From: Octopus bimaculoides
Taxonomy: Eukaryota
Assembly (NCBI RefSeq): GCF_001194135.2
Contig: NC_068995.1
Span: 29,036,146 to 29,099,473, forward strand
Direction: 5' to 3'
Length of the DNA: 63,328 nt
Positions within the stretch are counted from its first letter, which is position 1. Each line of letters begins with the position of its first letter. Both the position numbers and the translations under genes were made by a program. Below are positions 41,187-52,030 of the stretch, in pieces. Under the pieces are notes generated by a model. That model was given only the letters and a program-made list of their open reading frames with translations. It ran no database searches and had not been told where the DNA came from.

Positions 41187-42339
41187 NNNNNNNNNNNNNN
41201 NNNNNNNNNNNNNNNNNNNNNNNNNNNNNNNNNNNNNNNNNNNNNNNNNNNNNNNNNNNNNNNNNNNNNNNNNNNNNNNNNNNNNNNNNNNNNNNNNNNN
41301 NNNNNNNNNNNNNNNNNNNNNNNNNNNNNNNNNNNNNNNNNNNNNNNNNNNNNNNNNNNNNNNNNNNNNNNNNNNNNNNNNNNNNNNNNNNNNNNNNNNN
41401 NNNNNNNNNNNNNNNNNNNNNNNNNNNNNNNNNNNNNNNNNNNNNNNNNNNNNNNNNNNNNNNNNNNNNNNNNNNNNNNNNNNNNNNNNNNNNNNNNNNN
41501 NNNNNNNNNNNNNNNNNNNNNNNNNNNNNNNNNNNNNNNNNNNNNNNNNNNNNNNNNNNNNNNNNNNNNNNNNNNNNNNNNNNNNNNNNNNNNNNNNNNN
41601 NNNNNNNNNNNNNNNNNNNNNNNNNNNNNNNNNNNNNNNNNNNNNNNNNNNNNNNNNNNNNNNNNNNNNNNNNNNNNNNNNNNNNNNNNNNNNNNNNNNN
41701 NNNNNNNNNNNNNNNNNNNNNNNNNNNNNNNNNNNNNNNNNNNNNNNNNNNNNNNNNNNNNNNNNNNNNNNNNNNNNNNNNNNNNNNNNNNNNNNNNNNN
41801 NNNNNNNNNNNNNNNNNNNNNNNNNNNNNNNNNNNNNNNNNNNNNNNNNNNNNNNNNNNNNNNNNNNNNNNNNNNNNNNNNNNNNNNNNNNNNNNNNNNN
41901 NNNNNNNNNNNNNNNNNNNNNNNNNNNNNNNNNNNNNNNNNNNNNNNNNNNNNNNNNNNNNNNNNNNNNNNNNNNNNNNNNNNNNNNNNNNNNNNNNNNN
42001 NNNNNNNNNNNNNNNNNNNNNNNNNNNNNNNNNNNNNNNNNNNNNNNNNNNNNNNNNNNNNNNNNNNNNNNNNNNNNNNNNNNAGAGAAATTTTCAAAAA
42101 GTTAAGATTAAGAGAAATACTTTTTAGTGAGTAAAATGGTACTAACATTTAGGAAGGAATTTCAGAAATTATGTGTAGGCTTTAATAAATGTACAAGCGC
42201 TTCCAATTCTCAACGTTATCAAGCATGTGTTATGGCTATTGTATATAGCGGAAGTTGTTTTAGGTAAAGTTGTTGATTATTTCCGGTTTAGTTTCGGATT
42301 CAGAAACATAAAATATTCGTCTTTTGCCTTTCGAATTAT

Positions 42340-43030
42340 GTCGTTTCCTTCATTTATTTTATAAAAGGGAGATTACTGTGAATTTTCCTTGTGCACAGGT
42401 GTCTAAGTGGTTGTTGCATGGGATGTTTTATTTGATGTCTAAGCACATTTATACGATTGGTTAATTTTGTTTTTCTTTCTCCAACATAGTTTTCATTGCA
42501 TCGTGGGCATGTGATACAGTATATCAGATTTTTTGATATCGCACTCCATATTTGCATTTACCTTAAATTCCCATTGTTGAATTTTTTGGTTGATCCCAGT
42601 TCGATTAATTCGCATGTCCCATATCGAGTGTCTCCACACTTGGTTACTTGCATGGTTTCTTTCCATAGAAGTTACTGGTGTTTACTTCAAATTTAGTAAG
42701 GTAATCTAATTCTTTTATTGTAAGCTCATTTTGATATGTGCTTGTAAGTTCACTAATCTTATGCAATATACACCTATCCAGCTTATTTTGTAATTTTTTG
42801 TAGAAACGTTGGTCATTTAGATGTTTAAGAACCATTTCTCTATAATGGGATATGTCCATTATGATAGTTGCCCCTCCTTTGTTCGCCTCTTTAATAATTA
42901 TTGAGTGATCCTTTTGTAAAGATTCCAAAGCTTCTTCTTCATGCGTGATATTTGATTTTACATGGCTCACAGAATCATTATCTATTCCTTTAAGTATCTG
43001 TTTTTGTTTCATACCTCCAGCAAACAAACA
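42340..43030 (-). mobile_element. Internally deleted Penelope-like element (pre-RT region joined to GIY-YIG)
   Basis: SNITHEEEALESLQKDHSIIIKEANKGGATIIMD (PLE ADKG motif region)...TSNFYG, and about 100 bp later SKNLIYCITCPRCNENYVGERKTKLTNRINVLRHQI (GIY-YIG). The RT core is absent. Confidence 0.85.
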
Positions 43031-43039
43031 GAGCCCTTT

Positions 43040-43488
43040 AGCTCTTATTTCTAGCAGTGTAGGTGTTCTAAAATCCTCAATTATATCTGATGACAATTAT
43101 TGTTTTCCTTTTTGCTGAAACACTGCTAACTAGCTGCCTCATTTATATATTTTTATACACATTAGCGATTCGCTAAATATCCATAAATTTTTATGGAATA
43201 AACATACATGCTCGTGGCGATGTTTGTCCAGAATCTGGCGATTTGTGCCGTCTGTTCTGATGAGGATTTCAGTCTAAAGTTGACATCGTACGATAAAGAG
43301 ATATCATGATCGTCACGTTCCGGTCATTTAAGGTCGCAGCCAGCATGTAACTATACAATTTACAGCAGAAACAGACCACTTCAGCTCTTATTTCTAGCAG
43401 TGCAGGTGCTCTAACACCTTCAATCATATTTGATGACAATTATTGTTTTCCGTATTGGTGAAATCCTGCTAACTAGCCTCCTCACTTA
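43040..43488. repeat. Two diverged direct repeats of about 105 bp (343-bp period) next to the PLE
   Basis: 43040-43145 vs 43383-43488: agctcttatttctagcagtg...tgatgacaattattgttttcc...ctgctaactagc. Confidence 0.9.
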
Positions 43489-43511
43489 AGTATATGAATA
43501 TAAGTGTATAC

Positions 43512-43583
<72 letters not shown>

Positions 43584-44280
43584 GTCTATCTATCTATCTA
43601 TCTATCTATATGTGTGTGTGTGTGTGTGCATATATGTATGTATTTATATGTGTATGTGTGNNNNNNNNNNNNNNNNNNNNNNNNNNNNNNNNNNNNNNNN
43701 NNNNNNNNNNNNNNNNNNNNNNNNNNNNNNNNNNNNNNNNNNNNNNNNNNNNNNNNNNNNNNNNNNNNNNNNNNNNNNNNNNNNNNNNNNNNNNNNNNNN
43801 NNNNNNNNNNNNNNNNNNNNNNNNNNNGGACAAACGAAAGAAAGGCACGCAACAAATTTATTGGGAGCTACATGTATGGATCAAAACAGTTTGATTCAAA
43901 TTCGTTGGTACTCTTGAGTTTCAAGAGCAATGCTAGTCGTCAGCCATTTTGAATTTTAATGACAGAAATTGATTGTTATTACAGTAAGGTTGGATACGAT
44001 TAGTGGAGGAAGGTCACGTGGTGTCGTGCTTTGATGCTGGTATATGGGTAACAGTTAGTTGGAAGATACCGCATGGTGAAAAGGAAATTGACCACCTGGA
44101 GGACAAGAAATAAACAACGTGGCAGATAGGAAGTCGGCCAGGTTTTTGGGGGTGGGAATAGGAAGGGGCAGCATGTGCAAGTATATAGTTCTATATGTGC
44201 CGATGCGCTCATATAGTTCTGTGTGCATTGTGATGCGAGTGTGTGCATCTGTGCATAGGCACGCACGCGCACGTCTTCAC

Positions 44281-45913
44281 ATACACACACACACTTGAAC
44301 GAATACGCACACACATACACGCGCACACACACAAATTTACACACATTCACGCATACACACACATGCGTATTCATTCGTATGCACACGTGTATATCCGCAT
44401 GCATGTATGCATGCATACCAGTGTTCGCGCACGCACGCATGCGCCTGTACGTGTGTATTCGCGCACGTGTGTGAATATACACGCACCAGACAAGCGTTGG
44501 GGATTGGTAAGCGTTGGGAATTGATTAGCGTTGTGGGTTGGTATGCGTTGGCGGTTGGTAAACGTTGGGGATTGGTAACTGGTGGTCCTACTCATGGGGT
44601 TGGTTGGTAGCGGTGACCTTGGTGCAGGCGGTGCAAAGTAACAGCTGGTGCTAAGGTGGTATATCCCGGTCATAGGCAGTTAGATACCTGCAATTTGCCA
44701 GAAGGGCAAATACGACAGCAATACGATAAATCATATTTCTTGTTGATAGATACTGAGTGTTGTTGGAGGATGTGCAGTTTTTCGTGGAGGAAGAGCTGGC
44801 AGTTGGGAGCGCCGAGTGAATATGGTGGTGCTCTGTCGACAATAGTCCACTTGATTCTGGTCATGTTATCTCGGAGATCATAGAGTATCCAGAGAAAACT
44901 AGACAGAGAAGTTCGATGTCTCTATGGGAAGCTTTGACGAGGCTGAAATCGCCGAGCTCATCGGGTTATACATCTTGAATACCCTCAACAGACGTATCCA
45001 CCCACATAAGTCGGCCCTCTATAGGGACAACGGCCTGGCTATCTCAAGCCATATGAATCGTCACACCATGGACAGGTTCAGGAAGGACTTGATAAAAATA
45101 TTTAATGAGCTCAGCCTGTCCACCAACTTGACTACGTTCGGTTTATTGGACGTGACCTTAAACCTGAGTACGGGCAAGTATTACCCCTACAAGAAGCCTA
45201 ACGAGGATATAGTATACATACACAAGCGTTCAAAGCGGGTTTACTGACAAGCTCACGTATACAGGTAACTCTCAAACACCCTCTCCTCACCCCCAAAAGG
45301 ATTATGAGAAGGAAAATTATATAGTATAACCACACTTTGAACCTAGAAGTTTCCACCAACGTACCTAGGGGCTTCTTGTCGCTAATTAAGAAACACTGCC
45401 TGCTCTGTCTCCTCGAAAAACTGCATACCCTCCAGCAACACGCAGTATCCATCAACAAGAAATATGATTTATCGTATTACTGTCACTAGAGGTATGCCTT
45501 TCTGGCAAACTTCAGGCCTCTAACTGCCTACGACCGGGATATACTACCTTAGAACCAGCTGCTATTCTGCACCGTCTGCTCCGAGATCATTGCTACCAAT
45601 CAACCTCATGAGCAGGACCGCCAATTACCAATCCCCAACGTTTACCAACCCGCCAACGCATACCAATCCCCAACACTTACCAATCCCCAACGCTTGTTTT
45701 GCGCATGTATACTCACGCACGCGCGCGCATGCATATGTGCGCGCGCATGGGTGTGTGCTCGCACACTCGTATTCATGCGTACATGCATGCAAATATACAT
45801 ATGTACACATGAGTGAATACGCATGTGTGTGTGTGTATGCGTGTATGTGTGTGCATTTGTGCGTATGCGCATGTATGTGTGTGCGCGCGCGTTTGTCCAA
45901 GTGTATGTGTGTG
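44281..45913. mobile_element. Penelope-like element with about 520-bp inverted arms enclosing an RT fragment
   Basis: 44281-44803 is the reverse complement of 45395-45913. The spacer on the plus strand encodes GSFDEAEIAELIGLYILN...ALYRDNGLAI...LLDVTLNLSTGKYYPYKKPN (PLE RT domains 4-7). Confidence 0.9.
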
Positions 45914-47394
45914 TTCCAACGTATAAGAGAATATAGTTTCATAAACAAAATGAATATGTGTGTTGAATTTGTATAAATGTTATAATATAGTACATGAACA
46001 TTGCTCTTTTCTATGGACTTTCAGGCTAAATAGAACATTCTTTCGATGAAGCGATTCGAATGAAGTTTTATCTCATAACTGGCAATTTTATTTAGGTGTT
46101 CTTTATCTGAAGAAAAGTGTTGTCAATTTCCGTTTAGGTATGTATACGCATGGTGAAATGTCAGCAGAAGACGATGTAGAGTAGAAGGCACCTAAATATA
46201 AACACACATTGGTGTGTATACATGGGTGCACATGTGTGTGTGTGTGTGTGTGCACAGACGCAAATTTTTTAGTCATAAAGACTGTAAGGATATTTCTTGC
46301 CGATAAGACCATTCGCAGTAAAGTGAGATAATGTTGTAAATCTGCTTAACGCAGTTTATTGCTGTTGTTTTGTTTTATGGAATCAAAATGTTTGAAAGGA
46401 TAAGTGAAGATATTCTGACGGAGAAACGAAGTTTTGTATAATATCCATATCTAGTTTCTTTAGCGTTCACATTTGAGATCTGCGAAAAAATATAATGGAA
46501 TTAGATACTGTTATCTCTTCACATCACTATGAACTTTGAAAGTAAACCTCAGTGCGAATTATAGTTATCTATTTTTACTCTGCAAACGCCAATGCGATGA
46601 TATACCTACAAATGTGTAGGATGGGTGGATGTAAGTGACGAAAAACATTTCCCTCAAAACAGCTCAGAAAAATAAACTCTTTAGTATGTTCGTATATACA
46701 ATGTTGGCAAATATTGATTTAACCTTGCTCTTGCATTACACAGACAGCACATTAGAAACATGGCTCATCTTATCAAAATGCCAAGAGTTACATAAGAAAA
46801 AATAAACATTAATTTTGCCATCATTAAAATAGCATTATAATTTAATGGGCTAGACAGTGAGAAGAGATGAAACATATGCAGCGATGTTGGTCGAGATATT
46901 TCCTTTGAAACTCTTCTAAAAATAGCTTCAAACAATTTAATATATATTTGTGCTATACAAGATTTTATACTGATGCATTCTTCAATTTTCATTGCTGAGA
47001 AAATCTATGTCAAGATATAGAAAATGTCATGAAAGATGCCTGAGTTTGCTAGATAAGTTGTGAGTTGCATATTAGGAGTTGCTACCAAAGAGCCCCAACT
47101 GTTTCTCTATGAATAAACAACAAATTCTAATTTATCCCCCACTATAATTAAATACTAACTCACATAAAATAGAGGGAGGCCTATATTTTTCAGAATCGCC
47201 GAGTTGGATGGGAGAAAGAGGGAGATTATCCCTAACCGGAGAGCTGGCTCAAATGCTTGCAATCACGTGAACTCGACTAAAGGTACCCAGTGATGAACAG
47301 GGATTATTAGACCGGATGACAGATGAAGCCTACTACAAAAGAACACAGAGCGTAAAGAGCTGGAATAAATACTGCAAGAAAGCCTCACGGACGC

Positions 47395-47560
47395 TCTAAT
47401 AATTTTGTCAACCTACCGCTTCTCGGCTGGAACTTCAGTTTATCGACACCGTAAGAATAAATGACAGGGTTGGCTTTGACAGGATCTGAACTTAGCATAC
47501 AAAGAAGCACAAGAAATACTGCAAAACAATTTGTCCTATGTTCTAACAACTTTGCCAGGC
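47395..47560 (-). mobile_element. SINE family B, decayed
   Basis: tttatcgacacc...ggctttgac..gatctgaactt...gttctaacaactttgcca. Confidence 0.55.
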
Positions 47561-48313
47561 TTGGAAAATGGGTGCAATTTCATAATCGCCACTCTTCAAT
47601 AGATACCACAGTTAAATCAATCAGGAATAGTTAAGATTAAAATTCGAATATATATATATATACTCTCTCTTTCCTTTCCTGAGCGTCCAATAATACNNNN
47701 NNNNNNATATATATATATATATGTGTGTGTATGTGCGTGTGTGCGTGTGTTTGTGTGTACACACGCACACACACATGTATGCACATGCTTGTGGAATGGA
47801 CAGAAGTACACAAGTGCATATGACACTTCCCTTTCTGAACTTCAAAGTTTGCTGCAACGAGGCAGGTATCCAGTCGACATAGGCAATTTAAATGCAGCCC
47901 TAATACAGACTACATACACATATGTACGTAGCTACACATGTTTGAGCAATAAATTGTATTCAATTGGATTGCTGCTTCGAAGACAGATTTTAATGTTTTC
48001 GAATAACATTGATCAATTTAGCTACTGACTCTTGAAAGCCTATTGTACGTGGCTCCACTAAAATCCCCGTTATATAAATTTACTAGTATTTCTTTTAAAC
48101 GAGATAAATCTTTTGATTCATTACATCTGTCACACGGACGCTAATTCATTTCTTATCACTGCTGCTGTAGCTACTAATACTACAGCGACCACTGACATTA
48201 GTCTTCTTTTTTTTGTTTTATTTTTTTGTTTTGTCTTATTCATTCTCTTTATGCATATATTTGTTTTTATTTATTGAAAATCATCCTATTACTGCCAGGC
48301 TAAAGAACCAAAA

Positions 48314-48345
<32 letters not shown>

Positions 48346-49054
48346 GTATATCCGTATGCATATGCATATATGTATGTATTTATAAAGAGAAAGAAGAAAG
48401 ATAAGGAAGAGAGGTAAAAAAAAAAGGGGGAAAAAGAAAAAAAAAGCAGAAAGAAGAAATAACGTAACTATTTAATTTACCATTATTCCCCCATGTCTCT
48501 CTCTATATTTTGCAACACTCGCTGAAGACTACGCTAGCATATGTCATTCAGAAAAGTATTATTTAGATTCTGGCCTGTCTTTTTCTTTTCATTTATTTCT
48601 CTTTTTTCTTCTAATATTGTTGGAGCACATTAACTCTGAGCACATATCCACTCAGTGATGAATATCACAGAATATTACTCTAATTCTATTTTAATTTAAC
48701 TCCATCGGAGTCGACGATACATATTTGGTTGTTCGATCAACTGCTCGTTGAATTAGCGAGTAAGTGACTGAACATTAAGCCAGCATGAGATAGCGTGTCA
48801 AGCTGGGACATTAAAATGAAAGTGGAATCTAGAACTTCTACAGAGTTTTTGTATTTACAATTTCCTTCACAAGACTCGGATGGATCCGAGAGTATGGTAA
48901 AATACAAGGCAGTGGAATAGAAGTCGAGAACTCATGATAGCGAAGCGAACTTTGTAATCATTCGGCCATGCTACGACTGTTTACTGCGTGCGTTATAACA
49001 TCGACTCATATTTCTTCTTCTACACAATACTTGCCGCACTGTTATTGTTAGCAT

Positions 49055-49262
49055 GCAGAATCATTAGCACGCCGGGAAAAATGCTTAGCGGCTTTTCGTC
49101 CGTCTTTATGTTCTGAGTTCAAATTCCACCGAGGTCGACTTTGCCTTTTATCTTTTCGGGATGGATAGATTAAGTACCATTGAAACACTGGGGTTAACAC
49201 AATAGACTATCCCCCTCCCCCAAAATCTCAGGCCTTGAGTCAACAGTAGAAAGATTATCATT
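49055..49262 (+). mobile_element. SINE family B
   Basis: gcagaatcattagcacgccggg...ttctgagttcaaattccaccgaggtcgactttgccttt...agtagaaagattatc. Confidence 0.9.
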
Positions 49263-49274
49263 GATGCTACTGAA

Positions 49275-49512
49275 GACAGCAAGCCGGCAGAATCGTTAAC
49301 ACGCTGGGGAAAATGCTTAGCGGCGTTTCGTTCGTCTTTACGTCCTGAGTTCAAATTCCGCCGAGGTCGATTTTGCCGTTCATCCTTTTGGGGTCGATGA
49401 AATAAGTACCAGTTATGCACTGGAGTCGATGTAACCGACAAGCGCTCTTCCACAAAATTTCAGGCCTTGTGCCTTTAGTAGAAATGATTATTACTTTAGT
49501 AGAAAGGATTAT
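49275..49512 (+). mobile_element. SINE family B (tandem with previous copy)
   Basis: ccggcagaatcgttaacacg...cctgagttcaaattccgccgaggtcg...caggccttgtgcctttagtagaaa. Confidence 0.9.
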
Positions 49513-49553
49513 TGTGAGTGCCTACAACATCTGAGATGTTGTAGGCACTCACA
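49513..49553. repeat. Perfect palindrome, 20-bp arms around a 1-nt centre
   Basis: tgtgagtgcctacaacatct-g-agatgttgtaggcactcaca. Confidence 0.95.
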
Positions 49554-50239
49554 GCCCTCTACTACTCGGGCAAATGCAGTAAGTGAAAGTTCACTTTAGC
49601 CTTCTACAGAGAGGATTACTGGTGAGAACATCGACAACATTGTCGGAAAAATTTCGGGTGCTGATGGTAAAGTGTTAGCAGGTTTATTCCGGAGAACTTT
49701 CAACCAAGAACAATAGAAAACTTCCCGACATCTCCAGCCTAACAGGGATAATGAGGGGCATTGTCAGTTTGGAACAACGGAAATGGTGTCAGACTGGCTT
49801 GTCTTTCATGAATACATAGCAAAGCAACCATTCCATACGAATTTCTCTAGTGTCCGAATATTGTTGATTTATGGAATTCCGGCCGACTCTTTCATGAATA
49901 TCACGGCGTTGCCTTAGCTGAGAATTGTAGGCAGAAAATTTCCCTCTTTGGTGAAGCCCCCGTCCTAGTTTTCTTTTCACTTGAAAAGGGAGATAAGGTA
50001 GGAGCGCCCTCACCCCATTAAATTTGTTGAAAGGTGAGTGAGAATAATGTAAGTAGTAAAGAGTGAACATGTCTACTCTTAGCACGCTCATGTAGGCTGG
50101 AAATATAAGATTTCGATTGGACACTTATTTTTGATGACTTTGGCGATCAGGGTGCAAAACTTGTAGGTGTCTACATTTCTCCAATAAAGAAAATATTGTC
50201 TGTCATCCTTTCGAGGTTGATAAAATATTTACCTGGTAA

Positions 50240-50442
50240 ATAATGGTTTCAAATGTTGGCACAAGGCCAGCATGTTCGGGTCGGGGTTGTGAGTCCATTA
50301 CATAGACCTCAGTGCTCACCTGGAACTTATTTTATCGAGCCGGAAAGGATGAAAGGCAAAGTCGACTTCAGAAGAATTTGAACTCAGAACACGAAGACAG
50401 AGGAAGTGCTGCTAAACATTTTCCGCAGCGTGCTAACGATTC
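50240..50442 (-). mobile_element. SINE family B, 5' head missing
   Basis: ggatgaaaggcaaagtcgacttc..gaatttgaactcagaa...gtgctaacgat, joined directly to the tail of the next copy. Confidence 0.8.
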
Positions 50443-50653
50443 TTTTCTATTCTAGGCACAAGGCCTGAAATTTTGGGGGAGGGGCCCAGTCGATTAGATC
50501 GACCTCAGTACGCAACTGGTACTTAATTTATCGACTCCGAAAGGATGAACGGCAAAGTTGACCGCGGCGGAATTTGAACTCAGAGCATAAAGACAGACGA
50601 AATACCGCTAAGCATTTCGCCCGGCGTGCTAACGATTCTGCCAGCTCGCTGCC
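50443..50653 (-). mobile_element. SINE family B, near-consensus full-length copy
   Basis: The minus strand reads ggcagcgagctggcagaatcgttagcacgccgggcgaaatgcttagcggtatttcgtc...ctgagttcaaattccgccg...ggccttgtgcctagaatagaaaagaat, with A/B-box-like motifs intact. Confidence 0.92.
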
Positions 50654-51469
50654 TTCAAGACACCAGTTAAATAAAGAGGTCGATTGTATCAACTACCCCG
50701 CTTGGGCCTAAATTAGAAACCATTGTTGTTGCTGTTGTTATTAAGTCGGTGCATCGGCAGAATCATTAAACGGTCGGGCTAAATAACTTGCAGTTTTTAC
50801 TAAGTGCTTCTTACATTCTGGGTTCAAACAACGCTGCATTTTTACTTCTTGATATTTACATTTTTTCTTACTTTTTTTTTTTTTTTACTTCCTGATTATC
50901 AGCAAATTAAATTAATCAAGTGCTCGGATATGTTTAATCGACAAAACCTTCCTCGCAAAGTGTATGGATTTGGATAACTGTTATAAACTATTAATATTAA
51001 CATTTGTGTCACTGCTAATCTACTATACCGCGGAGTGTACTTCACAGTAGATCAAACGATTGCTGAGGAGAATGTAATGACATTTGCCACAATAGTCAAG
51101 TCGATCATTCTTTTACTGTCCACAGTTAGCTAATATAAACATTACGACTACCTAATGATTTAATTATTTTATAAATGTGGTGATCACTAAAATCTATAGA
51201 TTTGCCTTATTATAAAGTTTAGCATGAACTGTAATCCCCACTTTCGGATCAGTTATCTGATTTACTTATATGTCCTTTCACGCTGGTTTTGAATACAAAG
51301 GCACACTGGTCAGTTAGAAGCAGGATAAGCGATTGCTGAAGCGAGTGCAATTAATGAGATTGGTAGCTGAAGTCTAGTCTACCCCCTATTTTCGCTGCGA
51401 AATCGTACAGGCATCATAGGCAACTCTCTAATGTGTCTAACAAATTTAATTAATTCAGAAATTCCATGA

Positions 51470-51562
51470 CGGTTAAAAATTATGCATTTACTCCCATTGT
51501 AAAGTTTCGTGAATTTAGTTAAGTTTAGTGTGAAAAGTAAAAAATTAGGGATACGTTAGTAA

Positions 51563-51593
<31 letters not shown>

Positions 51594-51660
51594 CATACAT
51601 AGATACAGACAGACAGACAAACAGATAAATAGACAGATATATCAACATTTTTCACCTATC
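51470..51660 (+). mobile_element. Second non-autonomous element with internal (TACA)n/(GACA)n, HINE/pearl-like
   Basis: An aagtttcgtgaatttag block is followed by (TACA)n-(GACA)n, the same layout as 2960-3285. Confidence 0.3.
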
Positions 51661-51765
51661 ACACTATGTTTGTATAATTTGTTCTACCCAACACCTTTTT
51701 AAAGGCCCCTGTTTAAATTATTTTGTAATTTCTATCACTTCAGCTATTGTGACTAATAAGAAAAA

Positions 51766-51800
<35 letters not shown>

Positions 51801-51813
51801 CACCATCATCAGA

Positions 51814-52030
51814 GCGGCGAGCTGGCAGAATCGTTAGCACGCCGGGCGAATTGCTCCGCGGCATTTCGTCTGTCTTTATGTTCTGAGTTCACGTTTTGCG
51901 AAGATTCACCTTTGCTTTTAATCTTTTTGGGGTCGATAAAATAAGTACCAGTTTAGCGCTAGGGGTCAATGTAATCAACATACCCACTCGCTTGAAATCG
52001 CTGTTCTTGTGCCAAAATTTGAAACCAATG
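51814..52030 (+). mobile_element. SINE family B preceded by (ATT)n
   Basis: gcggcgagctggcagaatcgttagcacgccgggcg...ggggtcgataaaataagtaccag. Confidence 0.9.
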
